32,000 nt of DNA from Pseudodesulfovibrio mercurii. GTDB lineage: Bacteria; Desulfobacterota; Desulfovibrionia; Desulfovibrionales; Desulfovibrionaceae. Below, one piece after another: positions 9,396-17,201 of this stretch. Under the pieces are notes generated by a model, which saw only the letters and a program-made list of their open reading frames with translations, made no database searches and was not told the origin of the DNA. The stretch lies in contig NC_016803.1 of the NCBI RefSeq assembly GCF_000189295.2, positions 1,170,001-1,202,000 on the forward strand, given 5' to 3'. Each line of letters starts with the position of its first letter. The stretch's first letter is position 1. The translations under genes and the position numbers were made by a program.

Positions 9396-11090
9396 CTAGG
9401 AAACCTGCTTATCCCACGGGAGGTTGGCCAGGATGGCCTGGACCACCGGCTCCAGGGTCGGCCGGTCCACGGCCACGGCCGGGATGCCCTCGGGGTAGAC
9501 GTTGCGCATGGCCGCGCGGCCCTCCTCGTCGAGCTTGTCCCACTTGTTCAGGACCAGAATGGACGGGATGGAGGACAGCTCCATCTCGTCCAGGATGGCC
9601 CGGACCGCCTCCACCTGTTCCTCCACCTCGGGGTGGGAGGCGTCGCAGACCAGGACCAGCAGGTCGGCGGAGTCCAGCTCCTCCAGGGTGGCCCGGAAGG
9701 CCTCCTTCAGGTCCGGAGGCAGGCGGCGGATGAAGCCGACCGTGTCGGTCAGGACCACCTCACGCTCCTCGGGGAAGCGGATGCGGCGGCTGGTCGGGTC
9801 CAGGGTGGCGAAAAGCTTGTCCTCGGCCAGGACCCTGGAGCTGGTCAGGGTATTCAACAGGGTGGACTTGCCCGCGTTGGTGTAGCCCACCAGGGAGACC
9901 ACGGGCAGCCCGGCCTTGGCGCGGCGCTCGCGGGTCTGGGAGCGGTGCCTGCGGACCTGCTTGAGTTCGTCCTTGAGACGGGTCAGCCGGTCGTTGGCCC
10001 GGCGGCGGTCGATCTCGAGCTTGGTCTCGCCGGGCCCGCGCCCGCCGATGCCGCCCATGAGCCGGGACATGGCCCGGTTCTTTCCGACCAGGCGCGGCAG
10101 GGTGTACTTGAGCTGGGCCATCTCCACCTGGAGCTTGCCGGACTTGCTCGTGGCGTGCTGGGCGAAGATGTCCAGGATGAGCTGGGTGCGGTCCAGGATC
10201 TTGCGCTCGGTGATCTCGGCCAGGTTGCGCATCTGGGTGGGCGACAGCTCCTGGTCGAAGATGATGATCGAGGCGTTGGCCTGGAGGGCCCGGACCTCGA
10301 GGTCGGCCAGCTTGCCCTTGCCCAGGATGAACTTGGGGTTCTGCTTGCGCACCCGCTGGATCATGGTCCCGGCCGCGACCAGCCCGGCCGTGTCGGCCAG
10401 CTCGGCCAGCTCGGCCAGGGAAAGTTCCTGCACCGGGCGCGGGGTCTCGTCCACGCTGACCAACAAGGCCCGGTCCTCGTCCGAGCCCGTGCCCTGCCCG
10501 TCAGCCTGGCGGCCGAACTCGTCCTCCAGGGCGGCGGTGATGGCCCCCAGGTCGTGCTCGAACCGGTCCCAGCGCACGGGCGGGAACAGCTCGTAGCTCT
10601 TCTCGTCCGGGTTGGGCGGCAGCAGGTGGGCGGCCTCGACGGCCACCGGGAACCCCTCGCGCACGGTCAGGGCGGCCACGGAATCGAGGCGCAGGAAGAC
10701 CATGTCCATGAGGTCCTCCTGGCTCAGGCTCTCCTCGGCCAGGTGGGTGTGCAGCAGCCGCAGGCCGCGCAACCGGCCCGAAGCCATGCGCGCGCGGGGC
10801 AGCTCGGGGATGTAGATGGACCGATTGTCGCCCACCAGGACCATCTCCACCTTGCCCTGGCGGTCGATGAGCAGGCCGAGCTGGCGGCCGGTGTCCTGGG
10901 ACAGTTCGGCCAGCTCGCGGGCCTGCTCGGTGGTGTAGACCGCGCCGGTCGGAAACTGGCGCTGGTACAGGCGGGACAGCCGCTTTATCTGGTTGGGCTT
11001 CAACCCCTGGAGGTTGCCCTTGGGCTTCTGGGCTATGATCGTGCTCCCGGTAAGATCCGATTCGGCCATGGGACCGACGCTGATTGACAC
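9396..11090 (-). CDS. hflX: GTPase HflX, long form with an N-terminal extension of about 200 aa
   Basis: It has the HflX N-domain (DRTQLILDIFAQHATSKSGKLQVEMAQLKYTLPRL) and G-domain motifs (GYTNAGKSTLLN, DTVGF, NKWD). The start is either GTG 11090 or ATG 11069, and neither has a clear Shine-Dalgarno. Confidence 0.9.
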   Translation of the reverse strand: MSISVGPMAESDLTGSTIIAQKPKGNLQGLKPNQIKRLSRLYQRQFPTGAVYTTEQARELAELSQDTGRQLGLLIDRQGKVEMVLVGDNRSIYIPELPRARMASGRLRGLRLLHTHLAEESLSQEDLMDMVFLRLDSVAALTVREGFPVAVEAAHLLPPNPDEKSYELFPPVRWDRFEHDLGAITAALEDEFGRQADGQGTGSDEDRALLVSVDETPRPVQELSLAELAELADTAGLVAAGTMIQRVRKQNPKFILGKGKLADLEVRALQANASIIIFDQELSPTQMRNLAEITERKILDRTQLILDIFAQHATSKSGKLQVEMAQLKYTLPRLVGKNRAMSRLMGGIGGRGPGETKLEIDRRRANDRLTRLKDELKQVRRHRSQTRERRAKAGLPVVSLVGYTNAGKSTLLNTLTSSRVLAEDKLFATLDPTSRRIRFPEEREVVLTDTVGFIRRLPPDLKEAFRATLEELDSADLLVLVCDASHPEVEEQVEAVRAILDEMELSSIPSILVLNKWDKLDEEGRAAMRNVYPEGIPAVAVDRPTLEPVVQAILANLPWDKQVS

Positions 11091-11096
11091 ATACTC

Positions 11097-11155
11097 GATC
11101 AGGGACCGGAAATCATCCCGATTCTTTGCCTCGGGGTGATTTCCGATCCCTGATC
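11097..11155. repeat. 24-bp-arm inverted repeat (hairpin) abutting the hflX start
   Basis: GATCAGGGACCGGAAATCATCCCG, an 11-nt loop, then CGGGGTGATTTCCGATCCCTGATC. The arms differ at 2 of 24 positions. Confidence 0.7.
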
Positions 11156-11209
11156 GGAAGGGGCATTTCTTTCTTTAATCCCACAGTAAGGCTTTCGAGA
11201 GTGGGTCGG

Positions 11210-11288
11210 CTGTGCATTTTCCCGGGCGAAGCGCAACCGGAGGCGTAGCCGACTACGTTGACGGATTGCGCGAGCCCAAAATGTGCAG
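11210..11288. other. imperfect hairpin of about 79 nt, a candidate structured RNA element
   Basis: The outer stem is CTGTGCATTTT / AAAATGTGCAG (two G-U pairs). Inner pairs are GCGCAA / TTGCGC, and the apical hairpin is GTAG-CCGA-CTAC, centred near 11250. Confidence 0.45.
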
Positions 11289-11321
11289 ACGGCCCGCTAT
11301 CGGAAGCCGCGTGCGTGATTC

Positions 11322-11918
11322 CTAGGCGTCGTTCTCGCTGAGGTATTTCGTGATCATGGCGTCATACTCGCTGGTCAGCCGGAAGGTCAGGGTGGCCATC
11401 TCCTTGCGGAACTGCAGGGTCAGGCCGCCGTGCTCCTCGATCTCCTGCTCGACCGTCTCGTAGTACTTCGGGTCCGGGACCACGCAGATGGAGTGGAAGT
11501 TCTTGGCCGTGGCGCGGAGCATGGTCGGTCCGCCGATGTCGATCTGCTCGACCGCGGCCTTGAGGTCCAGCCCCTTGGCCACGGCGTCGGCGAAGTTGTA
11601 GAGATTGACGCAGACCAGGTCGAAGGGCTCGATGCCGAAGTCGCGCAGGGTCTCCATGTGCGCCTCGTCGTCCTTGTCGGCCAGGATGCCGCCGTGGATG
11701 TGCGGGTGCAGGGTCTTGACCCGGCCGCCGAGGATTTCGGGAAAATCGGTGACGTCGGACACCGAGGTGACGGGCAGCCCGGCCTCCTTCAGCATCTTCT
11801 TGGTACCGCCGGTGGAGACCAGTTCGCAGCCCCGGTCCACCAGGAATTTGGCGAACTCGGCCAGGCCGGTCTTGTCGGTAACGGACAGTATGGCTCGCTT
11901 AACAGGCAACAGATTCAT
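11322..11918 (-). CDS. purH: IMP cyclohydrolase (stand-alone MGS-like N-terminal domain of PurH)
   Basis: The track ORF 11322..12359 is over-extended. The true start is MNLLPVKRAILSVTDKTGL at 11918, with a GAGG Shine-Dalgarno. The motifs SVSDKTG, STGGT, GGRVKTLHP and IDIGGPTMLRA(T)AKN match the PurH IMPCH domain. The protein stops after about 198 aa, before any AICARFT domain. Confidence 0.88.
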   Translation of the reverse strand: MNLLPVKRAILSVTDKTGLAEFAKFLVDRGCELVSTGGTKKMLKEAGLPVTSVSDVTDFPEILGGRVKTLHPHIHGGILADKDDEAHMETLRDFGIEPFDLVCVNLYNFADAVAKGLDLKAAVEQIDIGGPTMLRATAKNFHSICVVPDPKYYETVEQEIEEHGGLTLQFRKEMATLTFRLTSEYDAMITKYLSENDA

Positions 11919-12314
11919 CGCAACCTCACTTAATGTTTTGAGAGCCCTTGCCAGATTTGCCGCCCAAAGGCAAGGCGCGGAAGGCCCCGGTTTCCGCCGA
12001 AAAACGGCGCAAGGTCCGGCCACTTTTCCACAAGTGTGCAAACCGTTTCGGAGGCGGGGTCCAAAAACCGCGAAAAAACCGGGGACTAGCCGCCGGGGAC
12101 GGACCGGTACGGGCGGGCCGACGAGTCTCAACAGCCCGCAATGCCAGGAGAACGGGAATCCGATGCAAAGTCGTGGGGAAGTTCGGAAGGGAGGGTGCGC
12201 CCGGTGCCGAACGCGGGAGGAACGCGAAAAAACGACACCGCCCCACGGACTTTCCGCAGGGGCCGTCTCTGGGCGTGGGCGTGCCCGATGCGCGCCGGGG
12301 ATGGTCTCAAGGCT

Positions 12315-12357
12315 GATTTCCCGCCCCGCCTCCGCACGCGGCGCGGGACGGGAAATC
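12315..12357 (-). other. 15-bp stem hairpin 21 nt downstream of the TPR gene stop (terminator-like, no U-tract)
   Basis: GATTTCCCGCCCCGC ... GCGGGACGGGAAATC with one mismatch and a 13-nt loop. Confidence 0.35.
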
Positions 12358-12377
12358 AACGGGAGGGGAGACCGTTA

Positions 12378-12941
12378 TCAGGACCGGAACTGGTCGAGCA
12401 TTTCCCGGGCCGAAGCGTTCTCGGGGTCCTTGTCCAGGATGAGCTCGAGATGCCGGATGGCCGCGTCCATCTGCCCGACGCAGGCGAGGCACCCGGCCAG
12501 GGAGTAGCGCACTTCGTGCTTGGCCGGGTCGATTTCGAGATAGTTCTCAAGGTGCGGGATGATTTCGCCGATGCGTTCCGTTTCATGGCCGAGCCGGATC
12601 AGGCTGAACAGGGCGACCATGTTTTCGGGATTCATGCCGAGGGCCTCGACGAACAGGGTGAAGGCTTCGTCCCTGTCGCCGTTCTCCATGCGGATGAGCG
12701 CTATCCCGGAAAGACTCTTGTCCGAAGGCTCGATCTTGTGGGCCTTCCTGTACATGACCTCGGCATCCTCCAGATCGCCGCGCTGGACGGCGACCGTGGC
12801 CAGGCCGAGGTACGGGTCGGGATGGACGCCGTTGGAGCTGACGGCCTTCCTGTAGTACTCCTCGGCCTTGTCCAGCTCACCCATGAACAGGTAGCATTCG
12901 CCGAGTTCCTTGTTGATTTCGTAATCCAGATGACCACTCAT
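12378..12941 (-). CDS. tetratricopeptide-repeat protein
   Basis: 187 aa with repeated TPR-like 34-mers (ELGECYLFMGELDKAEEYYRKAV..., YLGLATVAVQRGDLEDAEVMYRKAHKIEP...). GGAGGGG Shine-Dalgarno. Confidence 0.8.
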   Translation of the reverse strand: MSGHLDYEINKELGECYLFMGELDKAEEYYRKAVSSNGVHPDPYLGLATVAVQRGDLEDAEVMYRKAHKIEPSDKSLSGIALIRMENGDRDEAFTLFVEALGMNPENMVALFSLIRLGHETERIGEIIPHLENYLEIDPAKHEVRYSLAGCLACVGQMDAAIRHLELILDKDPENASAREMLDQFRS

Positions 12942-13018
12942 AGTTCCCCTCCATTTCTCCTTTACCCGGGATGCCGGGCTGAAAAGATCTCCTTGGCCGA
13001 TTCGGCCGACTCCGATCT

Positions 13019-13034
13019 AGCAATCAATGTGCCA
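13019..13034 (-). promoter_or_regulatory. sigma-54 (-24/-12) promoter for the TPR gene
   Basis: The minus strand reads TGGCACattgaTTGCT, matching TGGCAC-N5-TTGC with exact GG/GC spacing. It lies about 80 nt upstream of the ATG at 12941. Confidence 0.55.
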
Positions 13035-13281
13035 AGGAGCGGAAGCCGGCGTTCCGACGCCCGGCCGAGAAATTTGCAACATACTGAATAAAAACGCTTT
13101 TAACATCATACACCCGGTGAACGGTCCGCACCCGGCACCGGCCGGAAACGGGCCAAAGGGAATATTCTGCCCTGTTTCGCCGCCCGCCCGGGACCGGCCC
13201 GGGCACGGTCCGTGGCCGGGAGTCTGACGTCGGCCCTGTTCTTTTTCACACTTCATTCATAATTTCAATAGGTTGTTTGAT

Positions 13282-13296
13282 TGGAACGGGAGTTGC
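13282..13296 (+). promoter_or_regulatory. sigma-54 (-24/-12) promoter for the flgB operon
   Basis: TGGAACgggagTTGC has correct GG-N10-GC spacing and lies about 80 nt upstream of the flgB ATG. Confidence 0.5.
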
Positions 13297-13374
13297 TTAG
13301 TGTCTGGCGGCCCCGGCGGAAAAACGTGCCCGCGCCGGGCCGCAACCGACACGCGAATGCAGGAGGAGCAAGGC

Positions 13375-13785
13375 ATGCGAGGACTTTTCGAGCACAACCT
13401 CAACGTCACGGCAAAGGTCATGGACCTGCGCCTGGAACGTCAAAATATCGTCACGGGCAACATCGCCAACGTGAACACGCCCGGCTACAAGGCGCGCCGT
13501 CTCGAATTCGAGGAACGCCTCCAGAGCGCACTGAACCAGAACGCCCTGGGCAAGCTGACCCGCACCCAGCAGGACCACCTGCCCATCGCCTTCGACCCCA
13601 ACGGGTTCAAGGGCGACGGAATCCAGGACCTCCAGGCGCGGGAGGTATACGGCCAGGACGAGGTCAACCTGGACAAGGAAATGGCCACCAACGCCAAGAA
13701 CACCATGATGTACAACGCCCTGGCCTCGGTCATCAAAAAGAGTTTCGACGGCATGGGCAAGGTCATCCAGGAAGGGAGCAAGTAA
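13375..13785 (+). CDS. flgB: flagellar basal-body rod protein FlgB
   Basis: The true start is MRGLFEHNL, preceded by AGGAGGAGCAAGGC. The motif NIANVNTPGYKA is the rod-protein N-terminal signature. Confidence 0.9.
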   Translation: MRGLFEHNLNVTAKVMDLRLERQNIVTGNIANVNTPGYKARRLEFEERLQSALNQNALGKLTRTQQDHLPIAFDPNGFKGDGIQDLQAREVYGQDEVNLDKEMATNAKNTMMYNALASVIKKSFDGMGKVIQEGSK

Positions 13786-14223
13786 ATGGACTTCATGACG
13801 GCACTCGACATCAGCGCGTCCGGGCTCACGGCCCAGCGGGCGCAGCTCAACGTCATTTCCATGAACATGGCCAACATGCGCACCACCGAAACGGCGGGGG
13901 GCGGTCCATACCAGCGCAAGACGGTCTCCTTCGAGGCCACGCCGGTCTACTCGCCCTTCGACCAGGCCATGCAGGACCAGCTCAACCGCAACCTGGAGGG
14001 GGTCAAGGTCACCGGCGTGCTCGCCGACAACCGCCCGTTCAAGCAGGTCTACGAGCCGAACCACCCGGACGCCAACGACCAGGGCTACGTGTTCTACCCG
14101 GACATCAACGTGGTCGAGGAGATGGCCAACATGATGCAGGCCATGCGCGGCTACGAGGCCAACGTCCAGACCGTCCAGGCGGTCAAGAACATGTTCCAGA
14201 AAGCCCTGACCATAGGCAGCTAG
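13786..14223 (+). CDS. flgC: flagellar basal-body rod protein FlgC
   Basis: 145 aa with SASGLTAQRAQLNVISMNMANMRTT at the N-terminus and a C-terminal NVVEEMANMMQAMRGYEAN motif. The start abuts the flgB stop. Confidence 0.92.
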   Translation: MDFMTALDISASGLTAQRAQLNVISMNMANMRTTETAGGGPYQRKTVSFEATPVYSPFDQAMQDQLNRNLEGVKVTGVLADNRPFKQVYEPNHPDANDQGYVFYPDINVVEEMANMMQAMRGYEANVQTVQAVKNMFQKALTIGS

Positions 14224-14241
14224 GGCAAGGAGGTACGGTAG

Positions 14242-14571
14242 ATGGTCGTCAAAAGCGTCGCCCTCAACGCCTATCAGAACGCCATGGATATCCGCCGCCG
14301 CACGGTGGACTCCACGGTTTCCCAGAGCCTGAGAAAACCCCAGGAACCCGTCCGCAGCTTCAGCGATACCCTCAAGTCCTCCCTGGTCAAGGTCAACGAC
14401 CTTCAGGAGACCAAGGAGACCATGATCGAGGAGTTCGCCTCGGGCAAGACCCAGAACGTGCATGAACTGATGATCTCCATGCAGAAGGCGGGCATGGCCA
14501 TGCAGATGACCGGCGCCGTCCGTTCCAAGATCATGAACGCGTACAAGGAAATCATGCAGATGTCCTTCTAG
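14242..14571 (+). CDS. fliE: flagellar hook-basal body complex protein FliE
   Basis: 109 aa. The C-terminal HELMISMQKAGMAMQMTGAVRSKIMNAYKEIMQM is typical of FliE. AAGGAGG Shine-Dalgarno. Confidence 0.85.
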   Translation: MVVKSVALNAYQNAMDIRRRTVDSTVSQSLRKPQEPVRSFSDTLKSSLVKVNDLQETKETMIEEFASGKTQNVHELMISMQKAGMAMQMTGAVRSKIMNAYKEIMQMSF

Positions 14572-14606
14572 GGCGCTGCCGCCAACGCTAGCCGGAGAAA
14601 GAGAAG

Positions 14607-16199
14607 ATGCCCCCGTTCGTCGCCGAATACTGGTCCAAGATGCAGGGAATCTGGGCCGACCGCACCGTGTCCCAACGCATCCTCATCGGCGGTCTGACCG
14701 CCGCCGTGGTCATCTCCTTTGCGCTGATGATCTACTGGATGAACAAGCCCGACTACCGGGTCCTGATGACCAACCTCTACCCGGAGGACGCCTCCAGGGT
14801 GGTGGGCATGCTCCAGGCCCAGAAGGAGGACTACAAGCTCGAAAACAACGGCACGACCATCATGGTCCCGGCGGACCGGGTCTACGAGCTGCGCCTCAAG
14901 GTGGCTGGCGAGGGCAACCTGCACGGCCAGGGCATCGGCTTCGAGATCTTCGACGAGGTCCAGATCGGCCAGACCGACTTCGTCCAGCACGTCAACTACC
15001 AGCGGGCCCTCCAGGGCGAGTTGGCCCGGACCATCACCGAATTTCCCATCGTGGACAAGGCCAGGGTCCACCTGGTCATCCCGCAGAAATCCCTGTTCAT
15101 CGAGGATCAGGTGGCGCCGTCCGCGTCCATCGTCCTCCAGCTCAAGGGCGAGGGCAAACTCGAACCCGACGAGATCAAGGGCATCGTCAACCTGGTGTCC
15201 ATGGCCGTGGAAGGGCTCGAACCCAAGAACATCACGGTCACGGACATGAAGGGCCATCCCCTGTACACCCCGGAGGACCAGTCCACCGGCCTGGCCATGT
15301 CCAACGCCCAGCTCCTGCACAAGGCGGACGTGGAAGGCAAGCTGCAACGCCGCATCCTCGAACTGCTCGGCCCGGCCGTGGGCCCGGACAAGGTCATCGC
15401 CAGGGTCAACGCGGACCTCGACTTCAGCCAGCGCACGGTGCGCAAGGAGGTCTACGACCCGAACAGCGCCGTGGTCCGCTCCGAGACCCGCAACGAGGAG
15501 ACCACCAGCGGCGCGGCCGACCTGGGCGGCGGCGCACCGGACGTCAACTTCCGGGGCGACGGCTTCTCCGGCACCAAGACCACCCAGGACTCCACCCGCG
15601 AGTCCCGGACCACCAACTTCGAGATCGACAAGCAGGAAGAAAACATCATCACCCCGGTCGGGGAATTGAAACGGCTGACCGTTGCGGTTATCGTGGACGG
15701 GACGTGGCAGACGGACGCCGACGGCAAGCAGGTCTACGTGCCCCGCTCCGCCGAGGAGATCAACCGCATCCGCACCCTGATCGAAAACGCGGTGGGCTTC
15801 GACGCGCAGCGCGGCGACACCATCGAGGTCAGCAACATCTCCTTCGGCGAGCCGCAGCTGGCCGACGGCGACTCCCTCATGCGGACCATGCTGGAATACG
15901 CCCAGCGGCTGGGCAAGCCGTTCCTCAACGGCCTGTTGATCTTCCTCTTCCTCATCCTGGTTGTCCGGCCGGTGGTCATGGCCCTGATCCGGCCGAGGGT
16001 CGCCGAGCAGGAGATCGAGGAGATGGCCGGGCTGCCCGGTTCCGAGCGGCTGGCCCTGGAGGAGGAAGAGATGGACGAGGAGGCCCTGGACGCCTCGCGG
16101 CGGCTCGAGAACGCCAAGAACCACGCCATCCAGCTGTCCGACGAGAACATCGACCAGGCCGTCCACCTGCTCAAAACCTGGCTTACCCAGGAGGCGTAA
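14607..16199 (+). CDS. fliF: flagellar M-ring protein FliF
   Basis: 530 aa with an N-terminal TM, a YscJ/FliF periplasmic domain (RLKVAGEGNL...GFEIFD...NYQRALQGELARTI) and a C-terminal TM plus an acidic tail. Confidence 0.92.
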   Translation: MPPFVAEYWSKMQGIWADRTVSQRILIGGLTAAVVISFALMIYWMNKPDYRVLMTNLYPEDASRVVGMLQAQKEDYKLENNGTTIMVPADRVYELRLKVAGEGNLHGQGIGFEIFDEVQIGQTDFVQHVNYQRALQGELARTITEFPIVDKARVHLVIPQKSLFIEDQVAPSASIVLQLKGEGKLEPDEIKGIVNLVSMAVEGLEPKNITVTDMKGHPLYTPEDQSTGLAMSNAQLLHKADVEGKLQRRILELLGPAVGPDKVIARVNADLDFSQRTVRKEVYDPNSAVVRSETRNEETTSGAADLGGGAPDVNFRGDGFSGTKTTQDSTRESRTTNFEIDKQEENIITPVGELKRLTVAVIVDGTWQTDADGKQVYVPRSAEEINRIRTLIENAVGFDAQRGDTIEVSNISFGEPQLADGDSLMRTMLEYAQRLGKPFLNGLLIFLFLILVVRPVVMALIRPRVAEQEIEEMAGLPGSERLALEEEEMDEEALDASRRLENAKNHAIQLSDENIDQAVHLLKTWLTQEA

Positions 16200-16202
16200 G
16201 AC

Positions 16203-17201
16203 ATGGCTGACTTCAGCGGCCCCCAGAAAACGGCCATCGTGCTCCTCGCCCTGGGCGAGAAGTTCACGGCCGAGGTGTTCAAGCGCATGGAACGCAACGA
16301 GATCGCCGCCGTGTCCAAGGCCATGCTCGAAACCGACTCCGTGCCCAAGGAGCAGGTCCTGGAAGTGCTCAAGGAGTACAACGAGGCCCTGGCCTACGGC
16401 GCGGAACTGCTGGTGGGCGGACCGGAACAGGTCAAGCGCCTCCTGACCCAGTCCCTGGACGCGGAGACCGCCAAATACATCATGGATTCCCTGGACCTGG
16501 ATACCGGGCCCACGCCCTTCCAGGAGCTGGGGAACGTCAGCCCGCGCATCCTGGCGCAGATCCTGCGCAACGAACACCCGCAGACCCTGGCCCTCATCCT
16601 GGGCCACCTGCACCCGGACCAGGCCGCCGAACTCATCCAGAACCTGCCCGCGGGCGTGCGCGCCGAGGTGCTCATGCGCCTGGCCAAGCTCGAGGCCGTG
16701 GCCGAGGAGATGCTCATGGAGGTGGACAAGGTCCTCCAGAGCCAGCTCATCGCCATGGGCGGCAAGGAAGGCAAGAAGGTCGGCGGCGTCAATTCCGTGG
16801 CCGAAATCCTCAACGCCGTGGACCGCAACACCGAGGAAGAGGTCCTGTCCGAGATCGAGGAGGAGTCCACCCAGATGGCCGAGGACATCCGCAACCTCAT
16901 GTTCGTGTTCGAGGACGTCAAGGGCATCGACGACATCGCCATCCGCGAGCTGCTCAAGGAGGTCTCCAACGAGGACCTCACCGTGGCCCTCAAGGGCGCC
17001 AGCGAGGAGCTGCGCGAGAAGTTCTTCAAGAACCTGTCGGAGCGCGCCTCGGCCATGATCAAGGAAGACCTGGAGATCATGCCGCCCAAGAAGCTCTCCG
17101 AGGTGGAGGCCGCCCAGCAGGCCATCGTCAAGACCGTCCGCCGGTTGGAGGACGAGGGCAAGATCGTCATCAGCCGAGGTGGCAGCGATGTCTTTATCTA
17201 A
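16203..17201 (+). CDS. fliG: flagellar motor switch protein FliG
   Basis: 332 aa containing GPQKTAIVLLALGE, the EHPQT motif and a C-terminal torque-helix region (RASAMIKEDLE). Confidence 0.92.
   Translation: MADFSGPQKTAIVLLALGEKFTAEVFKRMERNEIAAVSKAMLETDSVPKEQVLEVLKEYNEALAYGAELLVGGPEQVKRLLTQSLDAETAKYIMDSLDLDTGPTPFQELGNVSPRILAQILRNEHPQTLALILGHLHPDQAAELIQNLPAGVRAEVLMRLAKLEAVAEEMLMEVDKVLQSQLIAMGGKEGKKVGGVNSVAEILNAVDRNTEEEVLSEIEEESTQMAEDIRNLMFVFEDVKGIDDIAIRELLKEVSNEDLTVALKGASEELREKFFKNLSERASAMIKEDLEIMPPKKLSEVEAAQQAIVKTVRRLEDEGKIVISRGGSDVFI

Noticed and set aside
11091-11321. 6S RNA or another known housekeeping ncRNA in the structured spacer.
   Set aside because: 6S RNA is a single hairpin of about 180 nt with a central bubble. 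Here there are three separate stem-loops, and I recognised none of the 6S, tmRNA, RNase P or SRP conserved boxes.
11948-12316. A 122-aa extremely basic ORF (+) and other ORFs (11926-12246 -, 12128-12337 -) inside the long spacer.
   Set aside because: Third-position composition is much less GC-rich than in every confident gene here. Rare codons (CGA, GGA, AGG, AGA, CTA) are frequent, and there is no Shine-Dalgarno and no recognisable motif.
11919-12359. 5' extensions of track ORFs beyond the real starts: 11322-12359, 19360-21870, 27277-29343, 29603-30409, 13273-13785, 771-1217 and 24670-25911.
   Set aside because: The extended parts translate to Arg/Pro-rich junk and overlap neighbouring genes or intergenic repeats. 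Internal starts with good Shine-Dalgarno sequences coincide with the conserved N-termini of the families.
13070-13250. A possible plus-strand small RNA between the two sigma-54 promoters, suggested by TTGCAA…TTTTAA promoter-like boxes and a GGCCG…CGGCC stem followed by TTCTTTTT.
   Set aside because: Both the promoter boxes and the 5-bp stem are weak. The region is better explained as the enhancer/bending region of the divergent sigma-54 promoters. RNA-seq could revive the idea.
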